Shown here one piece after another: positions 1-9,984 of a stretch of 64,000 bases of DNA. The translations under genes were made by a program, and so were the position numbers. Position 1 is the stretch's first letter. Each line of letters starts with the position of its first letter. The notes under the pieces were generated by a model. It was not told the DNA's origin. It saw only the letters and a program-made list of their open reading frames with translations, and made no database searches. The DNA is from an uncultured virus (IMG/VR IMGVR_UViG_3300001450_000027) (taxonomy: Duplodnaviria; Heunggongvirae; Uroviricota; Caudoviricetes), in the IMG/VR virus record IMGVR_UViG_3300001450_000027, positions 1-64,000 of that record. The stretch is one strand, 5' to 3'.

Positions 1-1179
1 AGCAGTGGCAGCAGCAGCGGCTAAACCAGAAAAAACTTCAACTGATTTGTCTCCGTAAACTGCTAGGGTTTGTAAAGAGGCGTTAAGGCCCTTGGCAAAC
101 TTACTAGCATTTATTCCCATTTGTTTTCCCATCATGGCAACGTTCTTAGTTAACTGGGCTGACTTTTCAGCAGAGTGGCCCATACCTTTTGCGAAAAAGC
201 TCATCAACTGTCCTGAATCTTGTGCAGAAACACCTATTTTAGCCAACTGGGCGGCTGATTGAATCATGACGTCTTTGGTCTTCGCACCCATCGTCATGAA
301 GCCGCCAAAGTTATCAGTCAAGCCTTGGATGGCTTTTCCCACTTGGGCTGTTGAGATTCCGTTTATCCTGTTTGCAGCGGAAAGTCTACCTATGCTTTCT
401 GTTGCTCGATCTCCGTTACCTGTGTACGCTGCCAAGCTTGATGCAGCATTATCTATTTCAGTAAAAAACAGCGTCGTATTGGAAATCATTTTGGAGAATA
501 TGGCAGCGGCTGCGTTTGCGACATTAATCGTTGCTCTAAATGCTTCAACCAGACCCTGCATTCCTTTCGGAGTAGAAGCGATCGCCCCTATTTCTGCCAT
601 TTTTCCAAAAATGGAATTTGCATATCCGTTTGTGGATACTCCCATCATTCTTCCAAGGGCACCAAAGTGCTTTTTACCTGCTGCCAGTCCTTTCTCGTGT
701 AGTGGCCCAAGGGTCCTGTATTGATCTGACAGGGCTTTCATTCTATCAAGCTCTTGCTCTGTAATCTCAATACCTCTTTCGGCTGCAAGGGCTCTTATCG
801 TAGCCGCTTTCTTTTGTTCGCCCCCAAGTTTGCTTGCTGCGTCTGCGCTCATTCCCAATTGTTCTGAGATTCGCTTGATATTTCCCTCGTTATCTTGGTA
901 AGCTTCTTCTTCTAATTTGCTATAGGTCATATATTTATCATGGGCTGCTTTTCTCGCGGCTGCTGAATCGTTATAAAGTCTTGCTAATCTCTCTTCTTGG
1001 TCAGCCAACGCCATAGCATCTTTTATCATTTGCTGGGTCTGTTTGGAGTCAAGGCCTGCCGTATTTAATACATTTGACGAATCACCCCCAAAAGCTTTTT
1101 GGAGCTTTTTATAACCACTGGGGTCGTTTATTTTTAATTCTTCTATTGCTTTTAGCAGTTCCGCAGCAGATATTGCCAT
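1..1179 (-). CDS. Tape measure protein, N-terminal part (runs off the window's left edge)
   Basis: ATG at 1179 (MAISAAELLKAIEELKINDPSGYKKLQKAF...). Absent from the ORF track, consistent with no in-window stop. Ala/Lys/Gln-rich helical sequence, directly after the tail tubes and chaperone. Confidence 0.75.
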   Translation of the reverse strand, partial: MAISAAELLKAIEELKINDPSGYKKLQKAFGGDSSNVLNTAGLDSKQTQQMIKDAMALADQEERLARLYNDSAAARKAAHDKYMTYSKLEEEAYQDNEGNIKRISEQLGMSADAASKLGGEQKKAATIRALAAERGIEITEQELDRMKALSDQYRTLGPLHEKGLAAGKKHFGALGRMMGVSTNGYANSIFGKMAEIGAIASTPKGMQGLVEAFRATINVANAAAAIFSKMISNTTLFFTEIDNAASSLAAYTGNGDRATESIGRLSAANRINGISTAQVGKAIQGLTDNFGGFMTMGAKTKDVMIQSAAQLAKIGVSAQDSGQLMSFFAKGMGHSAEKSAQLTKNVAMMGKQMGINASKFAKGLNASLQTLAVYGDKSVEVFSGLAAAAATA

Positions 1180-1215
1180 TATATAATCCCTCTATCAAAC
1201 ATAAATAGTTTAAAT

Positions 1216-1239
1216 AAAAAAATGCCCTCATTCGAGGGC
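1216..1239 (-). terminator. Intrinsic terminator after the tail chaperone genes
   Basis: mRNA UGCCCUC-GAAU-GAGGGCA followed by a U run. Confidence 0.8.
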
Positions 1240-1243
1240 ACTC

Positions 1244-1437
1244 TTATCTTTTCTTCATTGATTTGTCCATCTGTTCCTTTTCTTCCTTAAAGTGCTTCTG
1301 TAGTCTTTCTGTGAACCAGTTTCTTAGTCCAATCGGGAGGTTATACATCTCAATGAATGACCAGCCACCGAAGTGCTTTAAAATAAAGAATTGTTCGTAA
1401 ACGGATTTTTGGTATTTATCGGTCAGGCCAAAAAAAA
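1244..1437 (-). CDS. Tail assembly chaperone C-terminal extension (T-like / gp51-like ORF), probably expressed by frameshift
   Basis: FFGLTDKYQKSVYEQFFILKHFGGWSFIEMYNLPIGLRNWF. Overlaps the end of the upstream ORF at a T8 run, has no convincing start/SD of its own, and lies directly before the tape measure. Confidence 0.65.
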
Positions 1438-2267
1438 TCCGCGCCAAACGGAACCTCCATTCCTTCTTCGAAACCACACGAAGGACATGTGAACTGATTC
1501 GCAACCTTGACATCAGGGTTGGCGAGTTTATAACAAACTCTCAAGTGCCTTGAGTCTAATGTTGGCATATTGTCAACATACTTGTTAACGATGTTGCGGT
1601 CTGAGTGACCTTCAATCTCAACGATCAGTCGTTTCATTTGATCAGTGAGAACGGATTCTTGTAGTTTGCCTTTTCTCTTATTATTCATAAGTTTAGCAAG
1701 ATACATTTCGTCTTCTCCTTTAAGGAGTTTAAATTTAATTTTAAACTTTGAAAAGGGCATTAAGGTTTGAAATAATCCATCTTCAGCATGGGTCAGATTT
1801 AGATCTTCGCTAACCTCCGTTTGATGTATTTTTTGATCGTTTAAGTCAAATTCAAACTTGCTGCTTTTCTGACAAGAGGGGCAATTTACCTTTGTCTCGT
1901 AATCAGAGCCGTATCCAGAGATACGAGCGGCGATGATAACAGCGTTTCGATCACCAGTAAGCACATCTTTCGGCTTAATATTCTTATCAAGCAAAATACT
2001 TTCAATAAATCGCTCGATAACAATACCCTTTTTGATCAAACTCTGGGACGCTAAAATGTCTTCTTCCTTAGCGGTCATAAACTTGATTTCCACTGTTTCT
2101 TTATTGTGCAGTGGATGGTTTGCAGGGTATCCCTTTCCTTTTGATGGTAAATCAACCATTTCCGTTGGAGCTACAAAGCTCAAAGGGTTGAAGCCACTTT
2201 CTGCCTGTTGCATTATTGGGGCATCGGCAGGTGGCGCCCCAGTTCTATCCATATTATTTCTTGACAA
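1416..2267 (-). CDS. T4 gp26-like baseplate hub / tail assembly chaperone
   Basis: VDLPSKG, MTAKEEDIL, GDRNA..IAARISGYG, two CPSC motifs, ends ..DFFWP. TTG start with GAGGTG SD. Sits between tube and tape measure. Confidence 0.8.
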   Translation of the reverse strand: MSRNNMDRTGAPPADAPIMQQAESGFNPLSFVAPTEMVDLPSKGKGYPANHPLHNKETVEIKFMTAKEEDILASQSLIKKGIVIERFIESILLDKNIKPKDVLTGDRNAVIIAARISGYGSDYETKVNCPSCQKSSKFEFDLNDQKIHQTEVSEDLNLTHAEDGLFQTLMPFSKFKIKFKLLKGEDEMYLAKLMNNKRKGKLQESVLTDQMKRLIVEIEGHSDRNIVNKYVDNMPTLDSRHLRVCYKLANPDVKVANQFTCPSCGFEEGMEVPFGADFFWPDR

Positions 2268-2284
2268 TTTTCACCTCTTTTAAA

Positions 2285-2761
2285 TTATTTAAATTCTGCC
2301 CAATCATAGGCAATAGTCATTGACATCTCAACCAGTTCATCATCACTGTAGCTGAGATCTCCAAAATTAACAGTCTTTATTGTAACATTGTTTAAAATCC
2401 ACTCTTCAATAGTTTTTCCGCTAGCATCCATTTGATAAATCTTTAAATCGCTTTTATCGCCTTTTTTGATTCCGCCAAATCCGCCTGTTGTCGAGCCGGG
2501 GGCACTATACCCCATATCTTCGAGTTTATCATACAATTCTTTAGTTTTTTTGCCAACATCAACAATCGTGAGAGTTACATCATTCCAAGTAAGTATTCCC
2601 GGATACTCAATTGAGTGATTAATAGCAGTGTATCTGTTCGTGGAGATATCAAAGCTTGGTTTGGTAACTGATTTTGCCCACCACAAGACGACACCGCCAA
2701 GTTCAACGAGGAAGCGATGTTTTCGTGTTGGTTCTAAATCGGAAGCACTCCAAAAGGTCAT
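2285..2761 (-). CDS. Tail tube protein, paralog 2 (gp19-like)
   Basis: W..V.LT..D, W.L.N......FGDL.Y..D....I.YDWA pattern; paralogous to the adjacent ORF. Confidence 0.8.
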   Translation of the reverse strand: MTFWSASDLEPTRKHRFLVELGGVVLWWAKSVTKPSFDISTNRYTAINHSIEYPGILTWNDVTLTIVDVGKKTKELYDKLEDMGYSAPGSTTGGFGGIKKGDKSDLKIYQMDASGKTIEEWILNNVTIKTVNFGDLSYSDDELVEMSMTIAYDWAEFK

Positions 2762-2777
2762 TTAAACTCCTATTAAT

Positions 2778-3344
2778 CTATACCCGTTTGAACTGTCTTT
2801 CTGGGGTCCCACTGGCTCCGCCTATTTCGCACTCTGCCCAATCATAACGGATTGCCATTTCTACAGTTCTAAGATCGTCACTTGAGTAATCCAAATCGCC
2901 ATATTTAGCTGATTTAAGAAACGGGTTCCTGAGATACCAAACTTCTATATCCTGACCGTCCGCGTTTACAACATGAATTGACATACTTTTAAAACCAGCA
3001 TTAGTGGCTTTAGCCTTAGATATCGTAGCCTTTTGATTTGCACTCGCGCCATTGCCATTCATAGGGATATTATAACCTGAATCAATTAACAATTTGTTTG
3101 TCAACTGAACAGCATCCGGTGAGATAGGATCAACAAGAGTCAAAGTGACCTCTGACCAACTTACACGTCCGGGATAATAATATTTATTATCAAAAAAATT
3201 GTGTTCGACTTCGGAAACATCATATGATGGAACCGTTACGGTCTTCGCCCACCAAAGAATGTTGTTTCCACCGAAACCATCTAAGATGACCTTCCATCTA
3301 TAATTTCTCTTTGGTTCTACGTCTGCGCTACTCCAAAATGCCAT
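2778..3344 (-). CDS. Tail tube protein, paralog 1 (gp19-like)
   Basis: YYPGRVSWSEVTLTLVDPI, YGDLDYS, IRYDWA; directly downstream of the sheath gene. Confidence 0.85.
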   Translation of the reverse strand: MAFWSSADVEPKRNYRWKVILDGFGGNNILWWAKTVTVPSYDVSEVEHNFFDNKYYYPGRVSWSEVTLTLVDPISPDAVQLTNKLLIDSGYNIPMNGNGASANQKATISKAKATNAGFKSMSIHVVNADGQDIEVWYLRNPFLKSAKYGDLDYSSDDLRTVEMAIRYDWAECEIGGASGTPERQFKRV

Positions 3345-3387
3345 TTTATAATACTCCTATAAATCTTATATAATTAGTTGGCTGTTA

Positions 3388-6300
3388 CTAAAATTCAATT
3401 CCGCTTCTCGTTACAATAAAGTCGATAGCGATGAATTCGATTGCCCTAGCAGGCTTGATAAACACTTTAGCATACAAAATGTTTTGATCAACCAAATCTG
3501 CTGTTGTGGTTGTTTCATCCAAAACAAGCTGATATTCTGTAATTCCCAATCTGGACTGAGCGTCTCTAAGGATCAAGTCAGCACCAGCTTTGAAGCGTGA
3601 CCATGTTGCTTGAACATTTTGGTCAAACAATACAGTTTCAGCTACTCTTCCGACTCTCTTCTTAAGGAAGATCATCAATCTGCGAACGTTAATTCTATCA
3701 AGTGCAGATTTGGTTTGTTGAAGAGTTTTTTGACCGAAAATAACGGTCTCACCGATTGCAGGGAATCGAGCAACAGGGTTAATGTTTCTTTGGTAAAGTT
3801 CGTCTCGGTTAGATTTTGAAAGCTGCTTAAAAGCTCCAATAACTTTTGGACCTTGAGGTCCACCAAGTTGTGACAGTCCACCTCTGTTAAATCCAGCAGG
3901 GGCGAACCATGGAGCACCAGTATCTGAGTCTGAGAATGCCAAGGCTCCAATCGCGGCTACAGAAGCAGGAGCGATAACCATATCGCCATTTCCAGAAAGA
4001 GAATCTCTCATTCTTACTCTTGGGAAGTATGTAGCAGCATAACTTGTATTATAATCTCTACTGTCAGAATTAGATTTAACTGAAGCGAGAGTACCACCAG
4101 TTCTTGTTCCATTGTTCTCATATGTCTCAAGATAACCATCATCAAGATCGATGATCGCCAAAGCATCAGCGCGTTCTTCAACCATTCTGATTAGATCGTT
4201 AGTCAAGCTTTCGTTAGTTAAGCCCGGTATTGAGATCACATCATATTTAACTGATTCTGCGGTGTTACACATATCAATTGCTCTTGATACACTATTATAA
4301 GCATAAGATGTTGATTCTGCTTTAGATGCAAGGGCAACAGCGCTTGAGAATGGATCAGCTTTCGTGATATCAACTCCGTCAAATCCACCAAACATTGGTA
4401 CAGCAAATTGACGAACCTTGTCATCGATTAGTTGTTGAGATCCGGACCCTGCTGTGACTGCTCGTGTTTGAGTGCCAATAGCGATTGTGTGAGAGCCAGA
4501 AGCCCAATAGTATAGACCGTTTGCGTCTCTAGCTATTTCGTCCATTGAGAATACAAAACTATATTCTGTAGCATTTGCTGTTGTGTGGACGTCCATAGAG
4601 CCACCTTGAAATCTTGTAAGATCAAGATAATCTCTCTTAGGTGCAACACCCTTTTCATTCTTAGAAGCAAATTTGTGCCTTACACCAAACATGTCAGTGT
4701 TTTTATAATTTGCTGACGCCTTATTGGTGCTTTCTTCAGTAAGCTTTAGCCTTGGGAAGTGAATCGATGCTGACATTATGGTTGGCATCTTTGCAAATTG
4801 TGCTGCATCACCACCAGAATGAATAACGTTGTTATTACCTTTAACATATACATGGGCCAAGTTTGATGTGTCTGTACCAGCAGTTACAGATCCAAGTGCC
4901 TGATGGGTCGAATCGTCACCACTCTCACTCATTGTAAATGTATAATGAGCCCCGGGCCCAACAGCAATAATTGTTACAACACCCCCACTATCTGCGGCAG
5001 TATAGCCTTCCATTAAATTAAGAGCTTCAGCAACTTTATCTGCATACTTTGTATGATTATTACCAGTTCCGGAACTATCTTGTGTATCTACAGTCCAGAC
5101 GTAGACTCCTGATGTTAATGTCCACGCAGTAGAGTTAGCAGTAGCGGCCGCTCTAACTTCGTATGCGAAGCCGTCAGGGTGATTAAATATTAATTTTCCG
5201 CCATCATCGACGTGGTCACCAGTATATGTAACTTGTGCCGTAGCAACAACACCAGCATCTACTGGATCTACTCCGGCAGCAGGAAGAGCCTGTACTCCGG
5301 TGGAGCCTTCTAACATAGTAAACCCTTTAGGTCTAACTGGCCCAAAGAAGCCCCATGGAAGCATGTATGAATCATCGATTCCAGACTTCCAGTCATCACC
5401 CATTTCAATTCTAATATAGTCAGATTGGTTCATGTAATCACCAGAAATATCAAATACCATGTTGGTAGTATTCCAAGTTTGACTCATATCTCCAATTTTC
5501 TTTCCGACAAAACTATCAGAAGATTCGTCTAAGTTACAATTTGAAAATTGCTCTACAAGTTCTCCATTTTGCCCAGTCTTTCTAACACTAAGAGTGAAAG
5601 AGGAATTGGGATTGGTAACAGTACCGAGCTTAAGATCTTCGATAGTAACATAATAATTCGCTTGGAACCATTCTCCATCATGGAGAGAAACCACGCGGAA
5701 AAGCTTCTTTAATTGAGAGGCATCGAAAGCTGATGAATTCAATTGTGGTGTTGGGTCTCGGTTAATAATCCAACCAGACTTGGCTGGTGTGGCTGCTTCT
5801 TGGTGTGTTACCATGTTAGAAGAACCACTAACCAATGGAAGGATTACACCGTATTGAGCCCCAGCAGTAGAGCCAGAAACTAATGCCTGAACTGCCTCTT
5901 CATAAGTTTCACCTAAAAAGTACTTCTTTGCATTCGCAGAGCCGTAGTTCGTAGCAAAAGTCTTAAGAGGGTTAGTGTTCAATACATTTCTAATATAATT
6001 ATCTTTTTGATCAGGATCAAGATGAAATACGTGCTTCTCAACAACGCTAGACTCGGTGTATGAATCTCTAATTTCAAGCGTAAAGGTGTTTCCTTTGCCA
6101 CCTGTTGAAATAGACTCGATCATACATCCAGCGGAGGATGTAGTGGCAGAGGAATTGATGGTGTTTTTTAGACCGCCAGCCATTGTACCACTAAGAGTAA
6201 CAGCAGCACCAGTTGCATAAATAACAGCAGCCAATGTTCCAGTTACGTTTACTGTGGCTGATGCTGAGGGCATAATAAATAACCCGTATGCGGTAACGTT

Positions 6301-6711
6301 TGTTGCATGTGTACCGGTATCGGCAGTTAAATTGGCACCATCCAGATTCCAACCAGCCTTAATATATCCGCTGGCTTGGTTATCTGCATCTTGACCAAGC
6401 AGCCTTATAAAGGTAACTGGTGAGGTTTCTGATGCTAGCCACGCTTGGGCTGCATAAGCTCCGTATGTCGGAGATTGGTTATTCCCATCTCTCCAAACAT
6501 CATTGTTAGCGGTTCCTTTACCACTAATCGGGTCGCCGAAAACAGCAACAAAGTCTCTTAAACTTTTAATCTTGGTGGGTTGCATGGCTGGTCCAGCCTT
6601 TGCTCTTCCAATAATTAATAAACCGTCATCAGTTACTGGCGCCTCAATAATACTCTCATCAATCTCTTCAATAGAAATACCGGGCGATACAAAATCAAAT
6701 TTTCTAGGCAT
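3388..6711 (-). CDS. Tail sheath protein (gp18-like), enlarged (1107 aa)
   Basis: N-terminal FVSPG..EID; C-terminal PWFAPAGFNRG, INPVARFP, GQKTLQ, ALDRINVRRL, IKPARAIEFI. Confidence 0.95.
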   Translation of the reverse strand: MPRKFDFVSPGISIEEIDESIIEAPVTDDGLLIIGRAKAGPAMQPTKIKSLRDFVAVFGDPISGKGTANNDVWRDGNNQSPTYGAYAAQAWLASETSPVTFIRLLGQDADNQASGYIKAGWNLDGANLTADTGTHATNVTAYGLFIMPSASATVNVTGTLAAVIYATGAAVTLSGTMAGGLKNTINSSATTSSAGCMIESISTGGKGNTFTLEIRDSYTESSVVEKHVFHLDPDQKDNYIRNVLNTNPLKTFATNYGSANAKKYFLGETYEEAVQALVSGSTAGAQYGVILPLVSGSSNMVTHQEAATPAKSGWIINRDPTPQLNSSAFDASQLKKLFRVVSLHDGEWFQANYYVTIEDLKLGTVTNPNSSFTLSVRKTGQNGELVEQFSNCNLDESSDSFVGKKIGDMSQTWNTTNMVFDISGDYMNQSDYIRIEMGDDWKSGIDDSYMLPWGFFGPVRPKGFTMLEGSTGVQALPAAGVDPVDAGVVATAQVTYTGDHVDDGGKLIFNHPDGFAYEVRAAATANSTAWTLTSGVYVWTVDTQDSSGTGNNHTKYADKVAEALNLMEGYTAADSGGVVTIIAVGPGAHYTFTMSESGDDSTHQALGSVTAGTDTSNLAHVYVKGNNNVIHSGGDAAQFAKMPTIMSASIHFPRLKLTEESTNKASANYKNTDMFGVRHKFASKNEKGVAPKRDYLDLTRFQGGSMDVHTTANATEYSFVFSMDEIARDANGLYYWASGSHTIAIGTQTRAVTAGSGSQQLIDDKVRQFAVPMFGGFDGVDITKADPFSSAVALASKAESTSYAYNSVSRAIDMCNTAESVKYDVISIPGLTNESLTNDLIRMVEERADALAIIDLDDGYLETYENNGTRTGGTLASVKSNSDSRDYNTSYAATYFPRVRMRDSLSGNGDMVIAPASVAAIGALAFSDSDTGAPWFAPAGFNRGGLSQLGGPQGPKVIGAFKQLSKSNRDELYQRNINPVARFPAIGETVIFGQKTLQQTKSALDRINVRRLMIFLKKRVGRVAETVLFDQNVQATWSRFKAGADLILRDAQSRLGITEYQLVLDETTTTADLVDQNILYAKVFIKPARAIEFIAIDFIVTRSGIEF

Positions 6712-6770
6712 TAAAAAAATCTCCTTATAATCTTTCTCAAAGTAAATAGTATCTTATAACGCTAATGACA

Positions 6771-7604
6771 CTAATCTCTGTAATCGCTGTCTTTATCCTT
6801 CCAAGGAATTTTGTCTCCAATAATAACTCTTTCTCTAGAAATTCTCACTTTTGTTCGGTTTTCTCTGATTGTTACCTTTGGCTTTTCTCTGTTGTCTCCC
6901 TCTCCGACCAGATATCCTTGTACTCTAATCTGGACCTTTGTCTCGAACATCCTTTCTTCCTCCCCTAGGTTATCCAAATTTTTACTTTCACTAAAATCCG
7001 GTTGTATGAAGGCTTCATAGCGATAATTGTCGTTTTTAAGCATAAAACTGTTGATATTGCCGGTTTTTGTCATAAAAGGCTGAGCAAGTGAGTTCATTTG
7101 CTGCTGGTATTCGGTTCTAAGGGTAATAGTATACATCACAGCTACATAAACCGGTGCAGGCATGACAATCTCTTGGTAAACAATGTTAGAACTTGTAACT
7201 CTGCCTGTCTCGTCTCCATTCTTTGACCCTCTGTTTCTTTTTGTGTTAACAAAGTTTCTTGTTTTATCTTGTTTGATCCTTCTTGAGACAGTTATGGCTC
7301 CACCTTTGTAATCTGGGTGTTCAAACACGTTAGCTTGAAAGGCGCCTTTAAAAGCAGGATCTTTAGAGATTGAATCCCTGCTTACCACTATAAGAGGTAG
7401 TATCAATTTACCAGCAGAGTCTCTTAGTTCTTTATTGTTTTTGATTTGAAATGCTCTTTCCGCGCCTAACCAAAGAACCTTAGCTTTATTATAGCCATTG
7501 TTGGTGTTGGCGTGAAGGTTCAATTCTTCATCAATATATTTAAACATCGCTGTATCTATAGATTCTATAGACGATGGTTCAAATGGTTCATGTTTAATCG
7601 GCAT
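6771..7604 (-). CDS. Tail completion / terminator protein (gp15-like)
   Basis: LILPLIVV.R and P.PV...Y.I motifs; lies between neck and sheath; start taken at MPIKH. Confidence 0.55.
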   Translation of the reverse strand: MPIKHEPFEPSSIESIDTAMFKYIDEELNLHANTNNGYNKAKVLWLGAERAFQIKNNKELRDSAGKLILPLIVVSRDSISKDPAFKGAFQANVFEHPDYKGGAITVSRRIKQDKTRNFVNTKRNRGSKNGDETGRVTSSNIVYQEIVMPAPVYVAVMYTITLRTEYQQQMNSLAQPFMTKTGNINSFMLKNDNYRYEAFIQPDFSESKNLDNLGEEERMFETKVQIRVQGYLVGEGDNREKPKVTIRENRTKVRISRERVIIGDKIPWKDKDSDYRD

Positions 7605-8085
7605 TAAATAACCCATCCCTTGCTCTTATGCAATCTGCTTGTATCTCGAACCTAGATTCGGGCTGCCCGAAGAGGAGCTTAGGTTCATTAAGTTTTACAA
7701 TTTCGTAAAAGATTTCTCCGTATCTAACAAAGTCCCCTTCCCTAACAAACAAGTCTTGATCTTCGGTCAAGCGTCTTTTGTGAAATTTGACATTTATTTT
7801 GGTCAGTTTGTCAACTCCAATACCGGCCATATAGGTACTTTCTATGCCTTGGTACTCGATGAGGGCATGAACCCTTATCGGTGGCAAAAAAGTCTTCTCA
7901 ATCGCCTCTCCATACAGCGGATGATAGTTCGTGTGGTCTATATCAATGGCGAAATAAAGAACTTGTTGCCCAACGACTCTTTCGATGATTTCGTCGTTGA
8001 TTTGTTTAACAAGGTCCTTCTCTTTTTTACCAAGAAAGAGTGGTGGGGGTGGTTGATCTGGTTTTTTCCATTTGTTATCTGACAT
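7594..8085 (-). CDS. Neck / head-closure protein (gp14-like)
   Basis: GQQVLY, LYGE, EGDFV..GEIFYEI; follows the gp13-like gene. Confidence 0.7.
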   Translation of the reverse strand: MSDNKWKKPDQPPPPLFLGKKEKDLVKQINDEIIERVVGQQVLYFAIDIDHTNYHPLYGEAIEKTFLPPIRVHALIEYQGIESTYMAGIGVDKLTKINVKFHKRRLTEDQDLFVREGDFVRYGEIFYEIVKLNEPKLLFGQPESRFEIQADCIRARDGLFNAD

Positions 8086-8089
8086 TCAA

Positions 8090-9361
8090 TTAACCTACAA
8101 ATATCTTTAGTGGAACTTCTGACAAGATAGCTTTAGAATTGTCAGATACTTCCTTATCACTAGCAATAAGCTTAGGATATGTGACTTCATCAAGCTGTGT
8201 CTTAAGTTCTTCTCTAAGTTTTTCTTGCTCTGTTTGGGCTTGTGACAACAAGTCTGAAGCGTTTAAGGTGATATTGTCTCCCGGTATTGGGATCGCTCCA
8301 CCGAATTTGCCTCTAATTTGCCCAAGAGTTTCCTTAGATAGTGCCAAAGAGAATCGTCGAATCCACTGTTTCCCGATCGAATTGATATTTTCATAAGCAA
8401 TATTTTCGAATGGCAAGGTGTTCATATTATTGATACCGTCTTGGCCTATATCTTTATCATCCGTCCAAGGGTCCTGCGATACAGAGAACCTAAAGAAAAA
8501 TTTGTCTGGTGACTGCGAAGTGGGAGCCGGATATAATAATAAAGTATTATCGACAATCTCGTATGAGTAATGACTGGTTCTGGTATACAGGTGATCTTCG
8601 TATTGCATGGCCTGTATTTTGTTCTGCCATGCTGGGATAACTTGAAACGAGGAATCGTCAGCATACTGTCCATATGTGCTCATATCACCAGTAACGTTTA
8701 GGCCGCCATAATAGCCGAAAAATCGCCACATCTGTCGAGGGGACACGTAGTATACTTGACGTATAAAAACTCGTTTATTTCCCACTTCTCCGTAGAATGG
8801 TGAGTTAGAATCGCCTGTATCGATGGCAGACACAATGCTCTGTAAGTCATACTCTTGCTGGTTGGTCACCGAATCGAAAGAAGCAGAGTAAATTGGTGTG
8901 TTCCCGCCGACTGTAGCCTCTGTGGAAAACGCATCTGATACCCTAAATGCTGTTTCAAAACTAAACTTAGGATATTTTAATTCGATATTTTTAGTACCAC
9001 TGTCTGTTCTTTCGCCTTTGTGATTAAAAGAACCAGTGGTAGACCCAAGAGAAGACCCTAGTATATTTTTTGACTGGTGTAGGTTTACAATATAAGAATA
9101 TTCTAAGACAGCCTCTTCGTAGTTCGCGAAAACGCTACCAGAGGTCAACTCAATGTCTAAGACATCTCCGCCAAGTTTCTTATAAGTGTAAGCTACTTGG
9201 GCAACTGCCCCAGAGACAAAATTGACGCTAGCTGTGTAATATCCTATGGGACAAGCATCAGAAACGTGTGAGTTAGCCGCAGTTGAGCCGTTAAACGAAG
9301 CCGTTTCTGGTAAAACAATAGCGCTAGTTGTTGAAGTCGGTGTTAAGGTTGGTAAAGACAT
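8090..9361 (-). CDS. Neck / head-tail adaptor protein (gp13-like)
   Basis: LGGDVLDIEL, WIRRFSLALSKETLGQIRGKF..IPIPG..ITLN..L...Q.EQEKL.EEL. Confidence 0.85.
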   Translation of the reverse strand: MSLPTLTPTSTTSAIVLPETASFNGSTAANSHVSDACPIGYYTASVNFVSGAVAQVAYTYKKLGGDVLDIELTSGSVFANYEEAVLEYSYIVNLHQSKNILGSSLGSTTGSFNHKGERTDSGTKNIELKYPKFSFETAFRVSDAFSTEATVGGNTPIYSASFDSVTNQQEYDLQSIVSAIDTGDSNSPFYGEVGNKRVFIRQVYYVSPRQMWRFFGYYGGLNVTGDMSTYGQYADDSSFQVIPAWQNKIQAMQYEDHLYTRTSHYSYEIVDNTLLLYPAPTSQSPDKFFFRFSVSQDPWTDDKDIGQDGINNMNTLPFENIAYENINSIGKQWIRRFSLALSKETLGQIRGKFGGAIPIPGDNITLNASDLLSQAQTEQEKLREELKTQLDEVTYPKLIASDKEVSDNSKAILSEVPLKIFVG

Positions 9362-9397
9362 TCATGAAACCTCCAATCAATGTAAATAGTCTTATAT

Positions 9398-9847
9398 CTA
9401 TTGTTTGGCTTCAATGGCTTTGATAATGTTTGCCTTGTTCATAAAAGTAGAGACTTTGACGCCATTGGCTTTTGCAAATTCAATCAACTTTTTCTTTGTC
9501 ATTCTCTTAAAGTTGGGTAATTTTACTGTCTTTTCTTTGACCTCTGGTGCTAGTTGGGCGGTCTTGGTTTGTGGAGCTAACTGTGTTGCCTTAATCATTG
9601 GCACGTGGACTTCAACCTCTTCTTCAAAATCGATCTCGTCGTTTTCCGCCATTGTATAAAAGGTTTGTAAAAGATTGTCACAAATACTTGAGACGTTGTT
9701 CATCTTCTCCAGCATGACAGAATTATCTTCAACGATCTTGTTGACCTTTTGCTCTGGTAGTTCTTCTGTGTTACGTGTTCTGTTGTACCTATTCCATGGC
9801 AATGCTTGAAATTTTCTTTTTACCATCTTTCTTCTTCTGTTTCCCAT
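9398..9847 (-). CDS. Hypothetical protein with basic N-terminus and C-terminal Rho_N/HeH-like helical domain
   Basis: C-terminus MTKKKLIEFAKANGVKV...KANIIKAI. Confidence 0.5.
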   Translation of the reverse strand: MGNRRRKMVKRKFQALPWNRYNRTRNTEELPEQKVNKIVEDNSVMLEKMNNVSSICDNLLQTFYTMAENDEIDFEEEVEVHVPMIKATQLAPQTKTAQLAPEVKEKTVKLPNFKRMTKKKLIEFAKANGVKVSTFMNKANIIKAIEAKQ

Positions 9848-9931
9848 TTTTAACTCCTATGGTTCGGTATAATTAGTTTAAAATCTGAAAATTGGCCCGG
9901 AAATAAATTTTGGGATCTTGGATTTTCAAAT

Positions 9932-9960
9932 AAAAAACCCCCAATCCGAAGAAAGGGGGC
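9932..9960 (-). terminator. Intrinsic terminator with UUCG tetraloop
   Basis: GCCCCC-UU-UC-UUCG-GA-UU-GGGGGU then U run. Confidence 0.75.
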
Positions 9961-9984
9961 TTAAATATAATACCTTAACTATTC

